Origin: Acidobacteriota bacterium
GTDB lineage: Bacteria > Acidobacteriota > UBA6911 > RPQK01 > JADFOI01
Assembly: GCA_963663035.1 (NCBI GenBank)
Contig: OY760074.1
Location: 64,001 to 128,000, forward strand
Reading direction: 5' to 3'
Length of the DNA: 64,000 bases
Positions 1-9,488 of this stretch are shown here, one piece after another; position 1 is the first letter of the stretch, and each line of letters opens with the position of its first letter. A program made the translations under genes and the position numbers. The notes beneath the pieces were generated by a model. It saw only the letters and a list, made by a program, of their open reading frames with translations. It had not been told where the DNA came from and made no database searches.

Positions 1-81
1 TCGCAGACCGGCGGTGCGACCCAGATCAACGTCGTCCTCAACTGGTTTGAAGAACTCAAACGCCTGGTGCCTACCCCATGA
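1..81 (+). CDS. 3' end of Ser/Thr kinase-TolB-like propeller gene (runs in from left edge) or a remnant of one
   Basis: Translates ..[19 protein letters not shown], the same C-terminal motif as the kinase ending at 35183. Confidence 0.75.
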   Translation, partial: SQTGGATQINVVLNWFEELKRLVPTP

Positions 82-221
82 TCGGCCAAACCATCTCCCA
101 CTACAAAATCATCGAGAAGATCGGCCAGGGCGGCATGGGAACCGTCTACCGTGCCGAGGACACCAACCTGAGCCGTGAAGTGGCATCAACGTTGGACACC
201 CACTTCGAAAAACCTGGCTGA
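78..221 (+). pseudogene. Kinase N-terminal stub
   Basis: [36 protein letters not shown], then unrelated sequence and a stop; ATGA overlap with upstream stop. Confidence 0.85.
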
Positions 222-859
222 CGATTAAACAACCGATGCAAGGAGTAGATAGTAATGTGTGAACTAATCCGAAAGCAATTGGAGGGCAAGTTCAATCATA
301 AGTTTGATGAAGAACTTAAGAAAGCCAACTTATCTCTTGTAGATATCCATACAGTACTAAATAGGATGGGCGCGCCAGAGGCAAATGGGACTGTAGGAAC
401 TACCGTGGGTCAAAGGTTGAGATGGCTGATTGCCCAAGAAGTCAATCGTGAGGAGGAGCGCCTTCAGCTTGGATGTAATTTTCACAAAGTCCCTCGATGG
501 AAGTTTCTTGCAGCAATCCCTTTAATTTACATTCCGATACTGGTAGGAGCCCTACCAGTGATTGTGAGTGCTCTTTTGGTTCGAACCCATCTTACGATGG
601 TGGGCGGCCGTGCGCTGAAGTCCTATTGGAATGATTTTGTTCCAAGCTGGGTGAGTCACCGTTACACTCGTGATACCCAAATTGTCACCGATAAGTTATT
701 GGACAAGTACGGGGCTCTAACTTACATAACCAAATCTAAGCTGTTTTGGATTTTCAATTGTAAGCTTTACTGCCCATTGGCGGTTGCGCTCCTTGCCTAC
801 ACGCTCTACCTGGTAAAAATTGTGGAGTAGTGGTGGTGTCCTTTCGGCCACGATAAAAA

Positions 860-2239
860 GAGGTTCCGTCAATAAGTGTGTAAATAGACATCAGGCGGCT
901 TTCTCCTGGGTGACTGGGTTGACTGGAACTCCATTGACATATTGGGCTCCTTGGTAGACATCCTTCATCAAGTGGGGAGCCTTCAAACGGCGAAATCTCT
1001 TCTCAGCGACCAGCAGCATCTTCCAGATGACAGCCCGTGCGTTGGCCACTTTCTTGAACCTTCGAGCAGCATCGGTTCGCAGTCGCAGAGCAGAGAAGGG
1101 AGACTCCACTGGGTTGGTAGTCCGCAGATGTTGCCACTGCTGTTTGGGATAGTTGTAAAACGTCACCATCCGCTCCCAGTCCTGGTCGATCAGATCAGCC
1201 GCTGCCTCCAGGCCTCTCTTGCTACACCAATGTTGGAATCGTCCTTTGACTCGCTCGGCTTCCTGCCGTGTTTCTGCATAAGGGATCTGCCGCAACATCA
1301 ACAAGGCCGCTTTGTGCCGACTCTTGGGGATCTTGGCCAGCAAGTTGACGATGCGATGATTCCAGCATCTCTGCTCGTCGGCTTCTGGGAACACGTTGCG
1401 CAACGCTCCCCAGATCCCCAGATGCCCGTCAGCGATCACCAGACGGGGTGGGTTCATCCCCCGCTCTTTGAGATCCCGCAGCACTTCGGACCAGCTCTGG
1501 GTCGATTCTCGATAACCACTACTGACGGACACCACCACTTTAGTGCCATCACTTAAAGCGGCGATCACTACCAGAATCACGGCCTTCTCCTTCTCCAGCC
1601 CTGCTTTGATGTACACGCCGTCCGCCCACAAATACACGACTTCCAGATCATCCAGCCGACGGCTCTGCCAGGCCTCCATTTCTCCCTGCCACTTCTGTTT
1701 CAACCGGGCTACGGTGCTGGGGGACAGCGGCGCTTCTTCCCCTAAAAGCCCTCTCAAGGCCAGATCGAAATCCCCCTCGGCCAGACCATGTAAATAGAGT
1801 TCTGGAATCAAGTCTCGTACCTCTCGCGTTCGCTTGGCAAACAGCGGCAAGACCCGGCTCTCAAAACGCTCTTCCAGATCCCGCACTCGGGGACGCCGCA
1901 GCTTGATCGTTCCGCAACTCATCGTCAGTCGCCGCTCCTTGCCGTAGCCGTTGCGATAGCCACCGGAGGCGTCCACTTCTCGGCGACGCTCATTCTTTCT
2001 TCGTCCCAGCAGCTGTGTCACTTCATCCTCCAGCAGTTCCTGTACGTAAAACTGGATCTGCTCTCGCACCCACTCTTCCAGCTGTTCAAAGCAGACTCTT
2101 GACTCCACACTGTGATCAATGTTCTTCTTGCTCATGGCGGTGTGACTCCTTCCTTTCGGGCTCTTCCGCCCGGGTTTTTATTTTCACCCGGAAGGATAAT
2201 CACCGCCTGTGCTATTTACACACCTTTTGAGGGTAGCTC
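860..2239 (-). mobile_element. IS256-family insertion sequence
   Basis: Imperfect terminal IRs (gaggttccgtcaataagtgtgtaaatag / gagctaccctcaaaaggtgtgtaaatag); 9-bp TSD CGATAAAAA at 851-859 and 2240-2248. Confidence 0.95.
891..2135 (-). CDS. IS256-family (mutator-type) transposase
   Basis: 414 aa; YRNGY, WADGVY, DG..G, QRCWNH, TTNPVES motifs. Confidence 0.95.
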   Translation of the reverse strand: MSKKNIDHSVESRVCFEQLEEWVREQIQFYVQELLEDEVTQLLGRRKNERRREVDASGGYRNGYGKERRLTMSCGTIKLRRPRVRDLEERFESRVLPLFAKRTREVRDLIPELYLHGLAEGDFDLALRGLLGEEAPLSPSTVARLKQKWQGEMEAWQSRRLDDLEVVYLWADGVYIKAGLEKEKAVILVVIAALSDGTKVVVSVSSGYRESTQSWSEVLRDLKERGMNPPRLVIADGHLGIWGALRNVFPEADEQRCWNHRIVNLLAKIPKSRHKAALLMLRQIPYAETRQEAERVKGRFQHWCSKRGLEAAADLIDQDWERMVTFYNYPKQQWQHLRTTNPVESPFSALRLRTDAARRFKKVANARAVIWKMLLVAEKRFRRLKAPHLMKDVYQGAQYVNGVPVNPVTQEKAA

Positions 2240-2446
2240 CGATAAAAAACATACATATGCTAATATACCAATCGATAAGTCATTCTGGCACGCTGTCGGC
2301 GACGAGGTTCTACTACATCCAGATGACAGAGAAAATCCAAGCTGGAACCAAGACGCACTTTGAACTGCCCGGTGGCCCCGGCCGCACACGGGTGCAACGT
2401 CACCGCGACGACCCTCGCTTCCACGACCTGCTTCCATGAGAAGGCC

Positions 2447-2760
2447 CTTTCTTGTCAAGACCGACTTGGCGGTCAAAAGTCCGGGACCGGGTGATTAAGC
2501 CAGCTGATGGGAGTTCGCTTAATCGATCCAGTGATGCTGATTTTGTTTGCCTTGCTTCCATCCGCACTCTTTTTCAGCCCTTGATTTGGACTGGGTGCAT
2601 GTAAGGGTTCGTCAAACTGGGCGCTGCAATCTGCGGCTCGTTCTCTTCCGAAGGAAGGAACAGCAGGTCGTTCGCAGTCACCCGAACTGGGCATTTGGAT
2701 CATTGAGGTTAACTCCATGGGCGGGTCACGTTCACCGGAATCCCTTCTGGGTTCAATCTC
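2447..2760 (-). ncRNA. Putative bridge/seek RNA region of IS1111 copy 1 (boundaries approximate)
   Basis: Non-coding 3' end containing cgacctgctg - hairpin - ccgcag, matching both halves of the insertion target. Confidence 0.75.
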
Positions 2761-3849
2761 TTAGGCAGCCCCTTCCAGGTACTCTTGATTGTTGTACAGC
2801 GGTTCATAGGTCTCTCCTGTGACCCACAGATGGTGCAGCAGGACCGAGAGTTTACGAGCCACCGCCACCACGGCTCGCTTCTTGGCGCTTTTTCCTCCTC
2901 TGGAAGCAATCCTCTCCCCATAGCGTCGCAAGTCACAATCCGAGCCAAAAGGTCCCAGGATGTACTGGGAACTACCGACCAGTAGTTTGCGAACGAATCG
3001 GTCGCCGGCTTTGGTAATCCTCAACTGAGGATCCCGATTCCCGGATTGGTCTTGTCTGGGAGTGAGCCCCAGATACGCTCCCACCTGGCGACTTCTTCCA
3101 AACCGATGGGCATCCTCGAGGGTCAAAACAAAGGCCAGAGCTGTGATCGGTCCTACTCCTCGAACTTGCTGAAGGTTCTCGGTGTCCGGATACTTCTGCT
3201 GGCACAGTTGCTGAATCTGCCGATCGTATTGGCGGATCTGTGCGGTGAGCTGTTGGATCATCTCCAGCAGGGGCTCCAAAGCCATCTTCAGGCAACCCGG
3301 AATGTGGAGTTTGACCCGATGGGGAAAAGCCTCTGTGGAACAACTGGGCAGACGCTCCCCGAAGGCTTTCACAGATCCTCGGATAGGATTGACCAGCCGG
3401 GTTCGGGCTCTCACCAGCTCATCTCTAGCTTTAACCACCGCCAGGTCCGCTTGAGCGGCTTCGCCCCGATGCTGAATCGGATACAACAGCTCGGGATCCA
3501 CTCTTCCTAAACGTCCCAGAAGCTCTCCATCCTTGCGGTCCGATTTCTTTCGGTTCTGGCTGATGAGTCGAACCTGTCGGGGATTGGCCACGATTTCTTC
3601 GTGTCCTTGCTCCTTGGCTATCGCTTGCACCCACCGAGAGTGGGTTCCCGTTTCCAACACCACCCGCATTTTTGGCTGAGACTTGAAGAACCTTTCCATG
3701 GCTCGTCGTTGAGTCTTCACCCTACCTTCTTCCACTTTCTGTCCTGACTTGTCGATGATGCAGTAGTAGGAAAATTTGTCTCCCAGGTCCAAACCCATCG
3801 TCAGTTCCGGAATCTGTGTGATCTCTTTGATAGAATCTTTCATGGCCAA
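2761..3849 (-). CDS. IS110-family DEDD recombinase/transposase
   Basis: GLDLG, LETG, KSDRKDG, GVGPITA, YLGLTPRQDQSG motifs. Confidence 0.95.
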   Translation of the reverse strand: MAMKDSIKEITQIPELTMGLDLGDKFSYYCIIDKSGQKVEEGRVKTQRRAMERFFKSQPKMRVVLETGTHSRWVQAIAKEQGHEEIVANPRQVRLISQNRKKSDRKDGELLGRLGRVDPELLYPIQHRGEAAQADLAVVKARDELVRARTRLVNPIRGSVKAFGERLPSCSTEAFPHRVKLHIPGCLKMALEPLLEMIQQLTAQIRQYDRQIQQLCQQKYPDTENLQQVRGVGPITALAFVLTLEDAHRFGRSRQVGAYLGLTPRQDQSGNRDPQLRITKAGDRFVRKLLVGSSQYILGPFGSDCDLRRYGERIASRGGKSAKKRAVVAVARKLSVLLHHLWVTGETYEPLYNNQEYLEGAA

Positions 3850-4045
3850 GCTCCTTTGCTAAAGAGTTAATATTTTGCAGCCCAAGCTTTGGGACTGCGT
3901 TCCTCTTACTGCAGCTCATTTTAGAGACTGCCTCTGAGGAGTTTGGCCTTCTCATCCTTATCTGCTGCGGATGAACCTGGCGCCGTAGATGAAGCTGATC
4001 TTTCAGGTCGCGTTTCAACTGATAGAATAGTGCCTGAGGTGTTTA

Positions 4046-4327
4046 ATGAGAGCCATTTGGAAGAACATCACTCTTGCTGAAAGTGATCGAACTATTGTCG
4101 TGGAAAGGAATCATTACTTTCCCCCTGATTCCATCAACAGAACCTATTTTGAAGACAGCGAAACTTACACCCACTGTTCCTGGAAGGGGCAGGCCAGTTA
4201 CTACGACATCGTGGTGGGCGGAGAACGGAATGGAGATGCCGCCTGGTACTATTCAGAACCCAAGGAAAAGGCGGCACAAATCAAGAATCATATCGCCTTT
4301 TGGAAGGGCGTTGAAGTCGTTCCATAA
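4046..4327 (+). CDS. DUF427 family protein
   Basis: NHYFPPDSI, THCSWKGQASYY, DAAWYY motifs; GAGG RBS. Confidence 0.9.
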   Translation: MRAIWKNITLAESDRTIVVERNHYFPPDSINRTYFEDSETYTHCSWKGQASYYDIVVGGERNGDAAWYYSEPKEKAAQIKNHIAFWKGVEVVP

Positions 4328-4338
4328 GGCCTCTTTTT

Positions 4339-4391
4339 GCGACGACCCTCGCTTCACTGACCTGCTGCTGCGGATGAATTTGGAGCCTTGA
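4339..4391 (+). repeat. Repeat A (DDPRFTDLLLRMNLEP*), intact and unoccupied by IS
   Basis: gcgacgaccctcgcttcactgacctgctgctgcggatgaatttggagccttga. Confidence 0.9.
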
Positions 4392-4603
4392 GCTTTCATC
4401 TGGCAGACCTAGCGATTCCACCCTCTATCATTGCTTCAGTAGCCGTAGCATCTGAACTGGTCCAGGCCTACACTGGCTGGTCATTGCTCATCTCAGTTGT
4501 CGTGGCAATAGTTCCTGGTGTGATCGTAGGCTTTTATCTGGGAGCTTTCTTGTCACTGGGTATTGGCGCAATTTTTTTCTATTTCAATGAGGATGACAAT
4601 TGA
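4388..4603 (+). CDS. Small hypothetical membrane protein
   Basis: 71 aa, hydrophobic; start uncertain. Confidence 0.4.
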   Translation: MSFHLADLAIPPSIIASVAVASELVQAYTGWSLLISVVVAIVPGVIVGFYLGAFLSLGIGAIFFYFNEDDN

Positions 4604-4746
4604 CCCGAACTGTTCGGGGGAGGGGGTGTCCCAATGTGTACGGGAGGGGTGGGTATAGTTTTAAAAAATTAAACCTATACCTGTCTATACCCCTGGGGCG
4701 AACAGATCGGGACAATCGGCAAGCCAGCAGCGCTTTTGAGAGCAGG

Positions 4747-5472
4747 TTATTCCGGCATGGGTAGAAGGGGTTCTCGATCGGAGGCCAGTTGCATGTTGAC
4801 AGCTTTCAACGTCAGGGACGTTCTCACGTAGTTTCCGATCAGGAATGTCAGAGTGACCAGTTGGTCCTCACCAAATTCTTTGACAGCCTGGCTGTAGGTC
4901 TCCGAGCTGAGTTCCGTTTCCCTCAACAGCTCGCGTGTGTAGCGGATCAGCACAGTGTCCTGTTCCTTGAGACCCTCGGGTTTTTTATTGTATTTCACCA
5001 CCTCAATGACCTCGGGCTCCAACCCCACTTCCAGTGCTGTGGGTTCATGGGAGGTCCATTGATATTGACCGTTCATCTCCCGGACGGTGAGCAAGATTGC
5101 CAATTCCCGGGTTCGAGCATCCAGGCCGCTCTCGAATCGCAAATATTCATTGGCCAGGGCTAGATGCCGGCCAGCCCTAGTACTGTAAAGATAGAAGCCT
5201 CTGGGACCCATCACACCTTCAGTTCGGGAGGCTGGGTTGACAAAGAAATCGTAAAGGTCCTGGCCATCCGCATCCAGATCCTCCCGGTGCTTCAGTGGAA
5301 GACGCGACCTGGACTCCGGATCGATGTCAGGTGGCATGCCTTGCTGGGAGGGAATCCTGAAGGTTGGGACCGGGCTTGAGGAAGCCTCTTCGGAGCCGGG
5401 GCTTGGACTGCATCCAAGGAAAATGGCACCGCTTAAAAGAACAATCAGCACTGAAAAGACTTTTTGCTTCAT
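4747..5472 (-). CDS. Carboxymuconolactone decarboxylase/AhpD-like lipoprotein
   Basis: Lipobox FLGC; LDARTRELAIL..YQWTSHE motif; start taken at MKQKVF. Confidence 0.8.
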   Translation of the reverse strand: MKQKVFSVLIVLLSGAIFLGCSPSPGSEEASSSPVPTFRIPSQQGMPPDIDPESRSRLPLKHREDLDADGQDLYDFFVNPASRTEGVMGPRGFYLYSTRAGRHLALANEYLRFESGLDARTRELAILLTVREMNGQYQWTSHEPTALEVGLEPEVIEVVKYNKKPEGLKEQDTVLIRYTRELLRETELSSETYSQAVKEFGEDQLVTLTFLIGNYVRTSLTLKAVNMQLASDREPLLPMPE

Positions 5473-5642
5473 TTCTGAGATCCTCCCCCCACTTTCTCCG
5501 CTTTTCCGATGTCCTTTCGCCACTGGCCCAAGCGTGAAAGAACACGGCAGCAGATGTTTGCCACTGTCTCTTTGGACTTTTTCAAGCTCCAGAAGAGCCT
5601 GACGCAAGTCTAACAAAGTTGACTTCCTTCGTTCTTCTCTTC

Positions 5643-5696
5643 CGCGACGACCCTCGCTTCCAGGACCTGATGCGGCGCATGAACTTAGAGCCGTGA
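5643..5696 (+). repeat. Repeat A (RDDPRFQDLMRRMNLEP*)
   Basis: Direct sequence match to the other copies. Confidence 0.9.
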
Positions 5697-5829
5697 TTGA
5701 TTCAACTGTAACCATTTTGTAACCGCGACAACCCAAAACCACCCCATTCCACACCACTCCAGCCAAGATAGACAACACGTAACTACTTGGTAAATCTAGT
5801 GGTTTCAGTTGGTTAGGATTTACCCGTTG

Positions 5830-5887
5830 AGGACTTAAAATCCTGTGAGGGTTTCCCTCGTGAGGGTTCGAGTCCCTCCCCGGGCAC
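5830..5887 (+). repeat. 3' half of tRNA-Leu(TAA), att-like duplication, copy 1
   Basis: Anticodon loop ggacTTAAAAtcc, long variable arm, T-arm gagggTTCGAGTccctc, acceptor strand cccgggca; no 5' half or D-arm. Confidence 0.88.
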
Positions 5888-5949
5888 GCTTCTGACGCGG
5901 GTTTCAGCCAAATTGAGTCTCCCCGACTCACCCTCCAAACCCCCAAATT

Positions 5950-6013
5950 GTGCCTGAAGTGTGCCCGCGCCAAACTCACTCCAACTCACTCCAGCCAAAA
6001 TAGAGGGGAATTT
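5950..6013 (+). repeat. Repeat E: gtgcctgaagtgtgcccg + (ccaactcact)n arm-like repeat
   Basis: Recurs at 9922-9985, 10104-10123, 29279-29317, 46676-46697, 49741-49770 and 63628-63646. Confidence 0.8.
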
Positions 6014-6167
6014 TGTGGTGGTTCGAGACCCGCTCGGGGAGCCAACTGTTCCTCTTCGTTACACTCAGAGGAAGGTGGCCGTCGAGAGCAGGCGAAAGCG
6101 CCGGCTTTCACACCTTGCAACGGATAGAGCGATGTCCTACCAGCGACACGGACCCGGCAGGACTTGT

Positions 6168-7160
6168 CTATGGGTTCGGATTGGGTGCCTGCATGGGACA
6201 CCCGCGGGACGCCGATGTAGGCTCCTCCTCGACATACTGGTCTTCGGTGGATCTGGCGCGCCCCATGCCGCAGCAGGGCATCATCATGTTTCCGCCCATC
6301 ATGCGGCAACCGTTCATCGGTCCCATGGGCGACGGGGCTACCGGATCGACTTCGAATGCCATGACATAGTCCGCCAGGGCCCAGATCTCGTCCTTTTTCA
6401 GAGAGTAAAGAAAGGAAGGCATGGGTGTCCCGTCGTTGCCAGTCGCGATCGTCAGTGCTACATTCTGGCGGGTCCTGCCTCGTTTGAACTCTCCTGCCTG
6501 GAGAAAATTACGAGGTCGGATGGGAAAGCCAAAGGAGTCCTCCATGTTCTCCGCGGACTGCCCGTCGCCGTATCCGTCGGGGCCGTGGCACGAGACACAT
6601 CCCGCCCGGACATAGAGTTCGCGACCACGTTCTGTCTGGACGTTCACGGCTGGCGTTTCGGCTCCCAGTTCAACAGGTGGGCCCGGGGGTTCCTCACTGA
6701 AGTAGTCGGAAATTGTCTTCAGGTCGTGCACCAGGGACCAGCGCTGGCTCTTCGAAAGGGTGTAGCGCCCAGTCGGCATGTCGCTACCCTGTACGCCGAC
6801 CGAAATGGTTCGGAAGAGGTCCGAATCTCGGGGCAAGCTCCCGCTCTGGGTGGTCTTGAACCGGAAGATGCCTCGGGTGAAGTCCCTCGGCTTGGGATAC
6901 AGGTGCCGTGACATCATGCCTCGGCCATCACCGTTCGGCCCGTGGCACCCTGAACAGTTCCTCCTGAAGATCTCCTTGCCCCGCGTAAGGTCATGGGAAC
7001 CCAAGGGGACCGGCTCGGGAGGGAGGAATTCGGTCCAGGAAAAAGGTCGGTCAGAGTCGGCCGGCCCACTCCGATGCCCGACCCCCTAGGCATGCGTGTT
7101 GTCGGCTGAAAACAGGAAGAGGAGTAGACACCACATGGCGAGGCGTTTCGCCAGCAGCAC
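6168..7160 (-). pseudogene. Di-haem cytochrome c with in-frame TAG just after the signal peptide
   Basis: CSGCH and CVSCH; PKPRDFTRGIFRF; GTG start at 7160 with GGAG RBS; TAG at 7086-7088 is in frame. Confidence 0.75.
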
Positions 7161-7438
7161 CGTTGATCTCCTTTGGACTTTACAAGATGTCACAAACATG
7201 GAATAGCCCCCTTTCATCCTGGCTGAAGCTCATAAAGTCAACAAGCACGCTGAGTGCCAGAAAAACCCGATAAGTAGATTTCCAGGAAGGACCGGTGGGC
7301 GATGGATCTCTCTCTGCTCTTCCATCTCAAGACGGCATGAGGGCACCGCCGTGTAGGGGGACTCATGAACTCGGGGATGGGCCAAATGGCACTCGCTTGA
7401 CGTCATTTAGCCCGGTACGGGCGAGCCTGCCTAACGCC

Positions 7439-7627
7439 TCAGAAGGTTGGTCGCGCCTCAATGCTCGGTTCGCCTTCATGATTGACGGAAACAGCAAGGG
7501 TTATAGGATTGCAACAAACGTGGCAGTCCTCCACGTATTCCTGGAACCCAATGGAACAGTCCACGACTACCTCAACGCGTTCACCGCAAAAGGGGCATAT
7601 GAATTGAACTGTTTCCAATAGGCTCAT
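7439..7627 (-). CDS. CPXCG-motif cysteine-rich protein
   Basis: CPFCGE..EYVEDCHVCCNPI. Confidence 0.9.
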   Translation of the reverse strand: MSLLETVQFICPFCGERVEVVVDCSIGFQEYVEDCHVCCNPITLAVSVNHEGEPSIEARPTF

Positions 7628-7793
7628 GGGTCCTCCATGAAACCTATTATGAGGTACAAAGATACATCTAGAAAGAAAACCCGCAGCGAGCTGAAAGCCT
7701 TGCCGATTCCACTTGGCCCGCATGATGCCGACCCTAGAGTGGGAATAAAAGGGGATACAACAAAGGGGCCGGAGCGCCTATAATGCGTGGGCT

Positions 7794-8954
7794 ATGTGTG
7801 CCTCTTTGTTACCACCTCCTATTATTGTCGCTGACGAAGACAGCCTCGGTCGGCTCGTCCGCGCTCTCGCCTCTTATCCGGTCGTAGCCATCGATACTGA
7901 ATCCAACAGCCTCCACGCCTATCGCGAGTGCGTGTGCCTCCTGCAGTTCTCCACCCCCGCCGCTGACTACATCGTCGATCCGATCAGGCTGCCTGGTCTG
8001 AATCCGCTCGCGCCCTTCTTCGCCAATCCGAGCCAGCAGAAGGTCTTCCACGCTGCCGAGTACGACCTCATCTGCCTCAGGCGCGACTACCACTTCGAGT
8101 TTGCGAATATCTTCGACACGATGAGCGCCGCGCGCACACTCGGCTGGCCGCAGGTCGGCCTCGCCGCCATTCTCGACTCCCACTTTGGCGTGAAGCTGAA
8201 CAAAAAGTATCAGCGTGCCGATTGGAAACGCCGTCCCCTGAAGCCGGAACAGTTGGAGTACGCACGGCTCGATACGCACTATCTCCTGGCATTGCGCGAC
8301 CGACAGCTCCAGGAGTTGAGTGAGTCCGGCTACTGGCCGGAGGCGCACGAGGACTTTGCACGCCTGGAGCGACAGCGTGTCGACTCCGACCACGCGGGCT
8401 CAGACCCGACGGCATTCTGGCTCGTCAAGGGCGCGCGCGACCTCACGCCGGCACAGGCCGCTGTCCTCCAATCCCTCTTCACGTACCGCGAAGAACAGGC
8501 CGCGCGCATGGACCGGCCCCCCTTTAAAGTCATGGGAGCGGCGACGCTGATGGAGCTCGTCCTCCGCGCCCCGACCCACACCGAAGAACTGCAGCGTCTG
8601 TCCGTGATGACGCCGAAGCAAATCCACCGCCACGCGCACGGCGTATTGCACGCTATCCAAGAGGGACTCCACGCCCCTCCCCAGCGGGCGCCTCAGGCCG
8701 ATCGCGAGTCTGACGACGTGTGCGATCGGTACGACCGCCTGCACACATGGCGCAAGAACAGGGCGATGGCGCGCGGCGTTGAGTCGGATGTCATCCTTCC
8801 GCGCAAGGCGCTCTGGGATCTTGCTCGCCGCCCCCCGCTCACCCACGGCGAAATGGCGCACATCACAGACTTCGGCCCCTGGCGGCGGGAAACGTACGGG
8901 GAAGAGATTCTGGCGCTGCTGTCTCGCGCCACGCCCTCGCCGGGTCGCATCTGA
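7794..8954 (+). CDS. rnd: Ribonuclease D (3'-5' exonuclease + HRDC domains)
   Basis: AIDTES, VFHAAEYD, FDT, DWKRRPL, YARLDTHYL. Confidence 0.9.
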   Translation: MCASLLPPPIIVADEDSLGRLVRALASYPVVAIDTESNSLHAYRECVCLLQFSTPAADYIVDPIRLPGLNPLAPFFANPSQQKVFHAAEYDLICLRRDYHFEFANIFDTMSAARTLGWPQVGLAAILDSHFGVKLNKKYQRADWKRRPLKPEQLEYARLDTHYLLALRDRQLQELSESGYWPEAHEDFARLERQRVDSDHAGSDPTAFWLVKGARDLTPAQAAVLQSLFTYREEQAARMDRPPFKVMGAATLMELVLRAPTHTEELQRLSVMTPKQIHRHAHGVLHAIQEGLHAPPQRAPQADRESDDVCDRYDRLHTWRKNRAMARGVESDVILPRKALWDLARRPPLTHGEMAHITDFGPWRRETYGEEILALLSRATPSPGRI

Positions 8955-9176
8955 CGCACATTTCGGAAATTGGCGCTGAGGAGCTTTTGGACGCTTCTTT
9001 GATAGGCGAAGGTTATGCTCGGTCGTTATCGATACTGGGAGGTGGTGGAGTGGCATTGGTTGCCCTTGGAACTGTTATATTTTCTATGGTGGTGCTATTG
9101 TCCGAGGCAAAGCGATCTAGCAAAGCGCAGCGGAACGGCGGTAACTGAACTGTGCAAACTAGACGTATATAACGCA

Positions 9177-9392
9177 ATGAACAGGGCAAATAGACTACGA
9201 GGTGTTGGCACAGCATTCGCTATTTGTTTTATTACTGCACCCATCGCAATTGTCGTAACAATCACCTTACTTCCGTTATGGTCTTGGGTCGCATTGATGT
9301 TCGAAATTGAGTCCATTGGTCACTCGGGCCCAGCTGAGTGGTGCTATTTGGCGAGCTATGTAATGATCTTGATCTGCGCTACTTTTCTTTGA
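9177..9392 (+). CDS. Small hypothetical membrane protein
   Basis: Two hydrophobic segments around HSGPAEWC; AT-richer than neighbours. Confidence 0.45.
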   Translation: MNRANRLRGVGTAFAICFITAPIAIVVTITLLPLWSWVALMFEIESIGHSGPAEWCYLASYVMILICATFL

Positions 9393-9488
9393 TTGGCTCT
9401 TCGGCGCCGGGCCCGTATATAAGCAGCGAAAGGAACGATAAGTCCTCTTATGGGACATTGAGCCCCTTGCGGCCGCTGGAAAACGCCC

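Larger units (their letters stand above)
255..2363 (+). pseudogene. Hypothetical membrane protein with in-frame TAG (828-830), interrupted by IS256
   Basis: Removing the IS and one TSD restores the frame: ..VKIVE*WWCPFGHDKKHTYANIPIDKSFWH..NPSWNQDAL. Confidence 0.7.
2433..3961 (-). mobile_element. IS110 family, IS1111 subgroup, copy 1
   Basis: Sub-terminal IRs atgagaaggcc (2436-2446) / ggccttctcat (3945-3955), 3 and 6 nt from the ends; CT core on both sides; long non-coding region 3' of the transposase. Confidence 0.93.
2404..3988 (+). repeat. Repeat A (DDPRFHDLLLRMNLAP*) split by IS1111: halves 2404-2432 and 3962-3988
   Basis: Joining the flanks at the CT core gives cgcgacgaccctcgcttccacgacctgCTgctgcggatgaacctggcgccgtag. 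Confidence 0.9.

Noticed and set aside
5830-5887. Functional tRNA-Leu gene
   Set aside because: No 5' acceptor strand or D-arm in any of the three copies
5473-5979. N-terminal extension of ORF 4747-5979
   Set aside because: Reads through the tRNA fragment and repeats; the signal peptide starts at 5472
8960-9175. Integron attC site (gttatgc, gcgcagcgga, atataac)
   Set aside because: Could not pair RYYYAAC..GTTRRRY in the correct order with a stem; no integron integrase
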